Origin: Balanoglossus misakiensis
Taxonomy: Eukaryota; Animalia; Hemichordata
Reading direction: 5' to 3'
Assembly (NCBI GenBank): GCA_040954595.2
Contig: CM082589.2
Location: forward strand, 9,808,894-9,872,893
Length of the DNA: 64,000 bases
In this document: positions 54,263 through 64,000 of the stretch, piece by piece
Layout: every line of letters starts with the position of its first letter
Position numbering within the stretch: the stretch's first letter is position 1
Position numbers and translations under genes: made by a program
The notes under the pieces: generated by a model
What the model was told of the DNA's origin: nothing
What the model saw: the letters and a program-made list of their open reading frames with translations, nothing else
Databases searched by the model: none

Positions 54263-54982
54263 GTATGTAACTGTGGATATTGATATCTTCTGTGGCTACA
54301 TTGTTTGGGGATTGTATATTGCTACGGTTACAATCAGCTAAACACACATCCTGTCTGTCCATTGCACACATTTTAAAATTTGAAATCAACCGCACACTCG
54401 TACTGAACACATGTTTGTTGAAATTGTATCTCAGAATTTTTCCAATTATCATTATGCATAATATAAACAAATTAACAAATGTGAAAACTTATCTTTGAAA
54501 ATTTGTTTGCAAGGGAGAAAAAGTAATCTGTATTTTAAAAATCAGACAAAGTTTTGCTGACAGGGTACACAAGTTTCAGGGGATTTTGTTAAAATGAGAA
54601 TGATAGAGAGTGTTAAAATTCCTAGAAAGGGATCGCCATGGATATTGAGGACTTTGGTGTAAAAACAATTAATTGATCAAGAAATATGTGGTTAAGAATA
54701 TGTGTCATCAACCTCACACGATACTATAAGACTGTCTGATATATTCATGTACAAGTATTTTCACTACTTATTTGCATAATTTAATGAAATTAGCATAAAT
54801 TATCAACCTATAGCTAAATAAATTACCTCTGCAAAGAATAAATATACACTTAGAAAATTCATATAGTTTTCATCTCATTTTAAAGACATTACAAAATGCT
54901 TCTCTGAGGGTACAGTAATTTTTAACGGGTATATTCTTGATAACTCATCACCATGAATGAGCATTTCAAAACTTAACAAGGC

Positions 54983-55196
54983 CAGTGTACGAAATAAAGC
55001 CTGTCCGACAGTCCGAGACTGGTTGTTTTTCTGTAGGACTGGTAAAAATAAAATGTTACCAGTCCGACAGACAGGTTGAATTTAGCGTGGGAGTTGACTA
55101 GTGGTATCATGGCATCTTTTAGACTTTCCCAGGTTCATGTATTGCAATTAAAAGAAACAATGACTGCTTGATATTTCCTATGAATTTCGAACACTG
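54983..55196. mobile_element. MITE with 7-bp TSD (P- or hAT-type)
   Basis: acaaggc|cagtgtacgaaat ... atttcgaacactg|acaaggc, with TSDs at 54976-54982 and 55197-55203. Confidence 0.85.
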
Positions 55197-55517
55197 ACAA
55201 GGCATATGGCTAAATAGGATTCAGTGTTTGTGCACCTTCTATCCACAATGCTGGATCTATTGACAGTTTTCAAAGGGGTTTAAAGACTCGTCTTTTTATT
55301 CAGCACTATTTCATTCCATTGCTTTTTTGGTTTATAGGGATTGTCTTTCAGAACTGTTTCTGTTTGTTTGGGGTTTTTAAGTGTAATTTTTTATCCTTTA
55401 AGCTTTCACTTGTTTTCTAATTTTATTATTTTCTGTAGAAGATGTATGTGTATTACATTTGTTAGGAAATAAATAATAATAAAATAAATAAATAATAATA
55501 ACTATCTTTGATTTCAG

Positions 55518-55634
55518 ATGTCAATGAATATATGGAGAGAGCAGATCTTTGTGAAGGCCAGTGTGTGAATACAGCAGGCTCTTTTTATTTCACTTGTGCT
55601 GTGGAATATTGATTGGTCAATGGAGAGTGTACAG
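55518..55634 (+). pseudogene. Decayed calcium-binding EGF exon (phase 1-1)
   Basis: 117-bp exon (ttgatttcag / gtaaga) encoding DVNEYMERADLCEGQCVNTAGSFYFTCAVEY*LVNGECT. Two Cys are lost (C>Y, C>F) and there is an in-frame TGA. Confidence 0.85.
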
Positions 55635-55649
55635 GTAAGATCAACACAA

Positions 55650-56023
55650 TATAGAAATAATGCACGACGCCATGACCATTAATGTTTGTTTATGGGCAAG
55701 GGCGAGGGGAAAGCCAAAAATTCATGGGCGAGGCTTCCGAGCCCATTAATTTTAGCTTAGCTAGAGCCCGAGCCCTGCATTTATTTCCATTACATTACCA
55801 ACAATCTCAAGAAAACCGTCAATATTTCTGAAAATGTCCCACACACAAGACTTGGGGCCCCGGAACTTGTGTTATGCAAAATGTTGTGTTCACTGAACTG
55901 TTTGCTAATATTACTATTCAGATTTACGGGCATGTAAACAAACCATTACTGGGTATTTGTGGTCAGTGATGTCGTTCATCTTGACCAATTAAAATGCGAC
56001 GCACAGACCACGGTAATATAATA
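55650..56023. mobile_element. Crypton-like non-autonomous element (tentative)
   Basis: Internal palindrome gccaaaaattcatgggc-gaggcttccga-gcccattaattttagc (55713-55757) and end ttgaccaattaaaatgcg...gtaatataata. No TIR or TSD was found. The family call is from recalled resemblance only. Confidence 0.4.
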
Positions 56024-56566
56024 TGTGGGCAACGAAAGGTCCTGTATCTGTAATTTTTGAATTTTTATTCAGTATTATTCTGGTTGTCAACGATCATTTC
56101 AGCTCGGTGAAGCTGGGTAAGCAATGTTGTTATTGTTTAAACATTGTATTCAAGCCTGTGTCTGGACTTGGATGCAATTTGTCAATAATAACAGTGATTG
56201 GTAACTGCATGTTTACATAACTGGCTATCTGTTAAAGAGACCATTTGCTGTGTGTACAGTACACATGCCATTGGCCGCTTATGGGTCAGCCAGTGTTTGC
56301 CTGTTAATCTCTCGATGTGTGTTATTCTGTCTGTACAGTCAGATCGCACGGTACTCATTAACATATGTTAATGAGGGAAAGTACTTCAAACCATGTAGCT
56401 GTTAGAGTGGGCCCCGCTGAAGGGTCGCAAAATAGGCCATTTTTTACGCGACATTATAGAGCTGATTTCAGGCGAGGAGGACTGTGTACAAAATTGAGTA
56501 TAGACAACTCAGGTTTTAAAGGATGTTTCATCATTTCCACTGTGTCAACGTCACTACATCCTTGCT

Positions 56567-58566
56567 ATGAGAAAAAGCCATCCCTTGTGTACTTCGTGCT
56601 TATCACGGGCAAACAATTTGTTTAAAATCCCTGATTTTGAAATGGTGCAAACATTTCACCAACAAACTAACACACCATTTGCCCTTACTCAAGACAGCCT
56701 GATTTGTTTGAAATGTTATAAAACATTTGTTGCTTTAGCGGAAAAAGCCAGGTGTAGTATTCAACAAGGCTTAATTATGTCGAGTGATATAGCACTTGCT
56801 GAAGAAATTAAAAAATATGTCACAATGCTACAATAAAGGATGCAGCTGTGACGACGACTTGGTGAATTTTGCATGCTGGAAAACTGTTGTCTTTTTAGGA
56901 GAAGTGCTCCTCAGAAAACATGCCATTCTATTGTTTGATGTCAGGCAATATTTCAATGATTGTTTAGACAATGAATATCAGACTTTGCGACCCAATGTCA
57001 AGTTACAACGAGTGGAATTCCACAGAAAACCTAATAGCTGGCTTATTCGGGAATTGCTATGTGTGTATTTTCCAATTCACCTTTCTGTTGTATCAAAAGT
57101 GAGTAGAAAGTTCTCCACCTTTTTGTACCGAACAGGTTCAGATCTCACTATTGCCCTCCAAAATGCACTTGTCGAACATCCTCAGTATGTTGTGCAAGCT
57201 GAGAAACAGATAGAGAGGCTTGAAAAGCAAGTAAGAGACTTGAGTAAAGTTGACGTTGACTTTTTCAAAATGCTTGATTTGGTGGCTGTGAAATTAAATG
57301 CCAGCATTTATCAGCAATCTCAAGAATTCAGTAATTACTGCAAAACAAACAATGTTGATCTGAGTACACTTGATGTTGAATATATTGTCAGTGAGGTTGA
57401 CCCTATGTTATGGAACACTGTTGTATATTTAACGTTGAACAACAGTGAACGCAATAAATTAAAAAGCTCCAACTTTGTATGGAATAAACACAACTATGGA
57501 TTTTATGACCGGCACTCTATGGAGAGTAGAGCATGATTCCTCAGGCGTTTCTTTTGTGTGTATGCTATTGTTCATTTGTTCTGATCATTGTACTTACCCA
57601 TTGCATACTTACCTGGCTGACATTGTTGAAGGTTATAGTAAGTCATCTACTCTAGTGAAAATTCTAAATTGATTTGGTATTATTTGTTCTGGAGATACAT
57701 TGCATAGATACATGTTGGGAGTGATCAACAAAAGAACATCAGCTGATTTCACAGAGGAAAATATTGCAAATAATGCATTTTGTTTAACTTCCATTGACAA
57801 TATTGATAAATCAGCTAAATATGCAGCTGTTAGAGCTGATCCAAAGGACAGAGGTTTCCACGGTACTTCTTATCGAATGGTCCAACCAAAATCAAAGTCA
57901 ATTCTGAACAGTATTGATGATATTGTTTTTGGCAGTCATGACAAACATTCAACTGTCAAAGATGTTCAGCTAATCAACATTTATGGTGATGGAAGGTGCT
58001 TTTTCAGGAGCATCTCTGTGAGAAATGATTTTGCATTACGAAATTGTGATCGTCTACTTAATGGACTCCCTTCTGACCCAATTTTAGCTGACCGAGAGAA
58101 AATATTCACAGACAAGTTAAGAGCAGATACAGTAGACATAATGCGTGCCAATCATATATACTTTGAAGGACATATATACACCAAGCAGAATGATATATTT
58201 GCAAGAGGTGATGGTGATGTGTTCTCCAAGACGGAGCCTGTCTGTCTCTTGTACACACCAGACAGGCCAGGTCAACCAGGCCATTATGATTTGCTTCTTA
58301 ACAGGCAGTTAATTAAAAGAAAAGATAGTCTGGTGAGTGAAAATGCAAAGAATTCATTTGAACGGTGTCAGGAATTAAACAGTGGCTTTTGTTCACAAAA
58401 TACAGTAGACTCTGAAATGAATAAAATTTTGGCCAATTTTCCTTGTGGAAATAATACTAAAATCATGGTTGACAGATCTATCTCAAAAAATACTGGTACA
58501 GGTTTGAGTGCACCTGTGAGTAAAGCCTGTACATTTACGGAGAAAAAATTCAATGATACTGTTCAT
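56567..58566 (+). pseudogene. Academ-like transposase, N-terminal part including the first catalytic Asp and an OTU-like domain (frameshifts and stops)
   Basis: ORFs 56567-56836, 56796-57536, 57475-57672 and 57700-58614 join through frameshifts or a TGA. OTU-like motifs are GDGRCFFRSI (from 57985) and GHYDLL (from 58279). Confidence 0.75.
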
Positions 58567-60279
58567 TTTTTTTTTTTTTTTATTTCCATTCATTTAATCT
58601 TACATGTATCATAAAGATAAATCGTGTTTTGATGAAATAAATAAATAAATAAATAAATAAAAAATAATACTATATAAAAAGAGATTCACCAGGTACATTT
58701 GTTTAACAAAATAATTACATCTCAGACGGAAGCAAGGATTTTCTTCCAATAATGGGTGAAATCTAGATTATTATTCCTTTTGAGTATTTGGTGCATAAAT
58801 TGTAGATATCTGTAAAATATATCGAAATTGGTTTTTGCTCTAATGCTGTTAATATCATGTTGTAAATGGACCCATGAAGCGAATACACAATACTTTGCAA
58901 TAGTAATGACAATGTTTACAAATCTATAAAGAGGATGACTGTACATAGTTTTGTAACCAAGAATAATAGTTTCTAAGTCGACCTCATGACATATGCCAAG
59001 TTTGCTGAGCAAAGCAGATAAACGCTGCCAAAAATCCCCTAAACGTTGACATTTTAAAAATAGATGCTCATAAGAATCAGTTACATTTCAAAGACAACAT
59101 AGATCATTTTTACTAATTTTCCATCTTAAAAGATTGATGCCACATGGCAAAATGTTATGCATAATCTTAAAGTTAAATTCAGCAAGTTTCCTATCACAAC
59201 ACAATCCAGTCGTTTGGTTAACCCATATAGTTCTCCACTGTAGTGGAGTAGTCATGGTCAAACGACGATTCCATGTATTTTCACAATATGGACGAATAAA
59301 ACGATTTTGCACAAAAATACTGTAAAAAATTTTGAAGTAAGGCGAGACAGATCATTAGGTAAAACAAAAACTTTTCCATTGACATGAAGAAAATTCTTTT
59401 CTCTACGCATCTGATGCAACTGAGTACCTTTCAACACAGACTTCCATTCTCTGGGAATAAGATTCCGCTACTTCATCCATTCAACTATCCAATTTGACTT
59501 ATTCTCGAGTTTTTGTAACAACAGTGTAGGTGGAAGAAAATCGCCGTTGGTATCGACAATGTCCTGGACATAGATAATATTTGAGTGAATCCAACCAGGG
59601 AAAAAAAGAGTCTTACCATTATCTGAAATGTTGACATTACCCCAGATAATTTGATTACGCACATCTAAATTACTGAGTTTGGAGAAAGTGACGCAACCAC
59701 CTTTTGCACTATGCCAAGCTGAAATTACTTGTTTATAGAAAAAGGGAATTCTCTCGAGAAATGGGAAACAGGAAATGTTGCTAAAATTGAAATGAAAAAT
59801 AAGAAAATCTGGACCATAGTGCCCGAGCCAATGCAGTGGCAAGGCCTTCCATTTGGCAGAGGAATTGTCACATAATCTACGAACCCATGATGAACAAAAG
59901 GCGTCATGGATGGCAAAAATGTCAGGCATGTTTAGTCCCCCGCAATCATAAGGGGCAATGAGTGTGAGCCTTTTGATTTTGTCTGGCTTGTCATTCCACA
60001 GAAATTTGAAAATAAGACGGTTGATATTCGTGAGCCACGTTTCAAAAGCACCAAGATTAAGCATAAGGTAGTAAATTGTGGGCAGTGCCAAAGACTTTAA
60101 AACCGTAATTTTGCCATAAAGGCTCAGCTTACGTCGTGACCAGATGTTGAGCACGCTTTTAAGCCTTTCAATTTTCTTTTCCCATTTCAAAAGTAGACAT
60201 TTCAGTCGATCGTATCCAAAGAAAACCCCAAGGGATTTTATAGGCTGTTGCTCCCACATAAAACCCCCAGGTTTATCAT
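58567..60279 (-). mobile_element. 5'-truncated Tx1/L1-clade LINE (ORF2 RT C-terminus and zf-RVT), with stops and frameshifts
   Basis: Minus-strand ORFs give IKSLGVFF...WSRRKLSLYGKITVLKSLALP...GGLNMPD, FNFKIMHNILP and CCL*..DSYEHLFLKC. The poly(A) tail shows as a T-run at 58567-58581. A 14-bp TSD atgatactgttcat lies at 58553-58566 and 60280-60293. Confidence 0.92.
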
Positions 60280-60293
60280 ATGATACTGTTCAT

Positions 60294-60806
60294 GATGATG
60301 TAGTATTTAATTAAACCACCTCTACTGAGACAACATCAACCACAGTCATCAATTTCGCTGTCAGATTTTGACATTAAACAAGAAGAAGCCATTGCTTGGT
60401 CAGAACTGTTTTCTGACGCATTCATTTTTGCTCTACAAAAAATACAATGCACAGAGCTGATATAGAAACAGTATTTGGGGATTTTAAATCAACATTAGCA
60501 ACAACTGCTAACAGTAATGACAGTGAATGCTCAAATGTCATTTATTTGGGCATATCAAGTGAACACGCAGACTCTATCGAAACTGTCCATAACATTATCA
60601 ATAAGCTGTATATGTTACATTCAGAGTTGGTGTAAGAATAAAATACCTGGTTGTGGTTGGTGATGGGAAAACTTTCCATCACCTGATAAAGTTAAAAGAC
60701 ATGTATGGTGCAGATTTAGACTGGTTGCAGCCTTTTATCGGAGACTGGCATACTCTAAAAAATTACCAACCAGTCATCATGAAAATATTCTGGGATGCTG
60801 ACTTAA
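60294..60806 (+). pseudogene. Academ-like transposase, middle part (second catalytic Asp, GDWH motif)
   Basis: LSDFDIKQEE...; SNVIYLGISSEHADSIET; YLVVVGDGKTFHHLIKLKDMYGADLDWLQPFIGDWHTLKNYQPVIMKIFWDADL. Confidence 0.8.
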
Positions 60807-61602
60807 GATGGGTCCCTGGGATCTTTTTGCTCGTTGCTATGGGCCTTTATAGGACATTACACCCCGATTTGGACTAAGCCGTTTTCAGAGTCTAACAAGG
60901 GGCTGGTAACTAGTTGAAAATCTGCACGATTGTGTGCACACCCCATGTCCGAGTATGTTTACGGCAGCTACCGCCCGGCCATAGGCCGCCACGCTAATAC
61001 GGCAAAGCAGCGGTCAGCGATAGCGTGCGCGTCCTGTAACCACAGTAACTGGATCGAACGCTAAAAATCCAATGTTTTGTACACAGAGATTTTGTACCGT
61101 TCACGAAAATCCCTAAGGCTTTTTTCATAGGCCACGTACGCCAGTCAAATTTGACCTGCTTGTTGAGAACGTACTTCCGCACAGTGTGACGGATCGTTTT
61201 TTTCTGTTTTCGTCGTGCTAAGAAGCGATACCGGTGGAAGAGTGCGTCCAAAAACACCCAAAATCGATGACTTTTTCAGATGTGGTACGGGTATGCTGAA
61301 ATCGTAGGATACAACGATAATATTCGAAAACAAAATCCGTCACGATCTTCCCTGGTTCAAGCAACTAATGAATACGTATCAAGTTCGTTTTTGAGGTCAC
61401 GGAATAAAAAGCCTTAGGCTTTTGAAATTTGACCTAGCTAATTTGCATATCAATGGCGTCAGGGGGCGCGCGCTCACAATCGTGCAGATTTTCAACTAGT
61501 TACCAGCCCCTTGTTAGACTCTGAAAACGGCTTAGTCCAAATCGGGGTGTAATGTCCTATAAAGGCCCATAGCAACGAGCAAAAAGATCCTAGGGACCCA
61601 TC
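60807..61602. mobile_element. 796-bp non-autonomous TTAA element with 128-bp TIRs (Kolobok-like)
   Basis: TIRs at 60807-60934 and 61475-61602 with 1 mismatch; TTAA TSD at 60803-60806 and 61603-61606; GA...TC termini. Removing it restores the frame WDADL|KHLAGFNHKGG. Confidence 0.92.
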
Positions 61603-61606
61603 TTAA

Positions 61607-61936
61607 AACATCTGGCAGGGTTCAATCATAAAGGGGGAACTTCGGAAACCCTAGTTCAGTGTACAAATTTCAAGCTAACTCATCGCTTCCCAACACAAAT
61701 TTGGGAACGTATGTTTAGATGTCTTGTCAATTCCTTTTTGAATCAGAGGGGTGAAACCCATAATACCCAGCACTGTCCCTTAGATACAGAAACAGTCCAA
61801 AAATGTTTACTAGAAGCTGTCACAAAATGTTTGGAATGTACTGAAGATAAAGCTGATCATATTGACAAAATTAATGGTGACCTTAAGGCTCAACTTACTG
61901 GCTTGCAAGAGGAATTTCAGATTTTTTGTGACAGAA
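61607..61936 (+). pseudogene. Academ-like transposase, continuation
   Basis: In frame: KHLAGFNHKGGTSETLVQCTNFKLTHRFPTQIWERMFRCLVNSFL...EEFQIFCDR. Confidence 0.8.
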
Positions 61937-62551
61937 CATAGTACGATATTTTACCCACAAGTCTCCGTTATTTGTATCATCGAAGGTTGCCCATTTAATA
62001 ACTTTTTCTGTTTTAGATACTAACAATGATATGAAGTACATATAAATCTATTTATTTTTATCTAGGAAAAGTACGTTGAGGAATTAGAATGTAAATTTCA
62101 AAATCAAAATTTAAAAGCCATAGAAATCAAAGTATCAATGTACTGCAAATGTCACACTTTAGGGGAAACAAGCAATGACTAACTGAGGTGGCCAGTCTCT
62201 GTTGAAAGTTAACATGTAAATTTCCATTGTTCTGTCAATAGAAAAAATCAATATCTTTTTGTTTGATTAAACAGGTTTTACAAGTGACCCTGTTTTACTC
62301 CAAACTTTTTTGTATGGCTGGCTATGCAATTGCTTGATTATTTTATAAAATTCGTATCTCCTCTCTCAATAATGCATAATTTTCTAAATCATTTGAAATG
62401 GTAATTGACAATAAGATTCACCTTAAAAGTAAGATCTCAAAATTTATATTAGTGGTGTACAATTCTCTCTACACATGTTAACTTTGCCTGGTTTGACTGA
62501 GTAAATGATTGTACAAATCAGAATGAATCATGGGATATTTCACGTACTGTG
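61937..62551. mobile_element. 615-bp Transib/RAG-like non-autonomous element
   Basis: 5-bp TSD cagaa at 61932-61936 and 62552-62556; termini CATAGTACG and (reverse complement) CACAGTACG; imperfect ~45-bp TIR. Removing it restores FCDR|RANTDKTFKFW in frame. Confidence 0.8.
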
Positions 62552-62556
62552 CAGAA

Positions 62557-63170
62557 GGGCAAATACAGACAAAACTTTCAAATTTTGGGTTAGATTTATA
62601 GAGGACGATTTGTTTGCATACATGTCTTTGTACATTGCAATAAGGTCAGGAAATTGGAACCTTCGAATATTGGCTTTGAAACAAATGAACCCACTGTTCC
62701 ATGCATATGACCGATCCCTGTACTTGAGGTTAATTCCCGGACATCTCGCTGACCTTCTGAAGATGCCAAACTCTCTGTTGTTACATTTCAAAGCAGGTGG
62801 TTTTGTTTGCAATTTGTCAGGCTCAACTTGGGTTAATGTAGCACTAGATGAAGCCCATGAAATGTGTGTCAATAAAGATGTTAAAGCTGCATTGCATACT
62901 TCTACAGGTGGGTTAATGGAGAGAATAGCAATTTATTTACCCTATAGAGCTATGGCTGCCAAGAATCTAAAAGATCAGTTATTTCCTTTCCAAAATGAAA
63001 CCCATAATTCAGTTAGCGTACATAAAATAAATGAGTCAAACTGCAGGTTGTATATCAATTGTCTTGAAGGTGCTGATGTATTTTCACCACTTAATACCGC
63101 CAGGGAGCTAACTAATATATTTTCAGATGACACAGCGAAAAATAGCGTCAAGGACACTTTGGTCCCATTT
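62557..63170 (+). pseudogene. Academ-like transposase, C-terminal catalytic part (DxxHE)
   Basis: ORF 62505-63218: FKFWVRFIEDDLFAYMSLYIAIRSGNWNLR...GGFVCNLSGSTWVNVALDEAHEMCVNKDVK. It appears truncated near 63170 by a different repeat. Confidence 0.8.
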
Positions 63171-64000
63171 GAGGATTATGTAGAAACAGTGACACACCAG
63201 AATAAAAATTACAGGTGACATTGCAAGCAGATATGATCTTACGATATAGAAATATGGAATGTAAAAACATTAACAAGGAACATGCCCAAAAATTGACCAA
63301 AAATTGTCTGTACAAACACATATGAGAAGCAACTTCTTTCAGTCAGCCCTGGAACAGACAGACAGACAGACACACACACACACACACACACTGACCTGCC
63401 ACTGGTAATTAAAAATTTAATAGCCCATGGTCTCTCTGACAGCTGGCTTATTGAAGTTATGTAAACATGTCTAAGTTGGGGGTAACGACTCCTTGTAAAC
63501 AGTAACTTTCAAAACAACTGGATAATTGGTTAAGGAGAAGATTTGCTAACCAAAAACAAAGAAACTTTCATAAAAACTCGCTAAATATTGAATATTTCTG
63601 ATATCAGAATTGAATAAAAGTTGCACATATACATGTATGTGTTATGAAATTATATCCCAAATTTCAAAGCAATCAGAGAAAAAACAAATTTCAAAGCAAT
63701 CAACAAGCAGTTTCACAAAAGATATTTGTTCAAAAGTGGCAAAAACACAAAATTGTACAATACCTTACCTCAATCACTACAAGGAACATGCTGCCAAAGT
63801 TCTATGCAATATGACAAACAGTTTCAGGAAAACAATTTTTGACAAAAATTGCAAAAGTTTCCCCGATAACACATTTATGAAAATATCACATTTTTTACAA
63901 CATATTACTTGACTTACACCTACGAACATGCCTACCAAATTGCAAAGCAATCTGGCATGCGGTTTTAAAGAAAAATAAATTGACCAAAAATGGCAAATAT
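63170..64000 (-). mobile_element. Degenerate Helentron-associated (HINE-like) repeats (tentative)
   Basis: A GACA microsatellite is followed by a short stem-loop (agcc...ggct, 63422-63448). Degenerate ~130-150-bp units with caaatttcaaagcaatc...ttgaccaaaaatggcaaa recur from ~63655 to the window end. Confidence 0.45.
63354..63391. repeat. (ACAG)n(CA)n microsatellite
   Basis: Directly visible. Confidence 0.95.

Larger units (their letters stand above)
56403..63170 (+). mobile_element. Decayed Academ-like DNA transposon interrupted by three insertions
   Basis: Collinear transposase motifs: PLHxxLADxxxxxxxSxxLVKILN.FGxxxSxDT, SIDNID (57790-57807), FHGTS..VQP, VVGDGKT (D at 60662), LDWLQPFIGDWH, FW..F...D..AY..L..AIRSGNW.LR and ALDEAHE (62841-62861). 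Candidate left terminus TAGAGTGGGCCCC at 56403; the right TIR was not seen. Confidence 0.75.

Noticed and set aside
55652-55670. TAGAAATAATGCAC as the Academ left TIR
   Set aside because: It belongs to a separate palindrome-containing element ending near 56023. The TAG at 56403 is closer to the ORF, but neither can be confirmed without the right TIR.
58567-58614. Phe-rich C-terminus (HFFFFFISIH) of the 304-aa ORF
   Set aside because: It is read-through into the antisense poly(A) tail of the inserted LINE, not part of the transposase.
60994-61333. Minus-strand ORFs inside the TTAA element
   Set aside because: They are short, show no recognisable transposase motif, and are consistent with chance ORFs in GC-richer DNA.

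Overview
Eukaryotic, AT-rich DNA with spliceosomal GT-AG introns; the repeat landscape suggests a marine invertebrate, possibly a deuterostome (inference only). About 65% of the window (1434-43048) is one uninterrupted head-to-tail satellite array of roughly 315-320 monomers of ~130-135 bp. The array has mosaic higher-order structure (2-, 5-, 6-, 8-, 17- and 35-mer block duplications) and a more diverged right edge; all short ORFs inside it are artefacts of the repeat. Left of the array is the right end of an EnSpm/CACTA-like transposon carrying a C14orf93/DUF4616-like terminal exon. Right of it is a nested transposon graveyard: a foldback element, a TIR element enclosing an EnSpm fragment with a spliced BEN-domain pseudogene, several MITEs and a tRNA-SINE. 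It also holds a decayed, apparently chimeric + strand gene (MED25 VWA exon, Q/P/S-rich exons, two calcium-binding EGF exons) and a decayed Academ-like transposase with an OTU-like protease domain inside it. The transposase is interrupted by three insertions with readable TSDs: a 5'-truncated Tx1/L1-clade LINE, a TTAA element with 128-bp TIRs, and a Transib/RAG-like MITE (CAC termini, 5-bp TSD). No complete intact gene is visible. Family names come from motif recognition by eye, not database searches.
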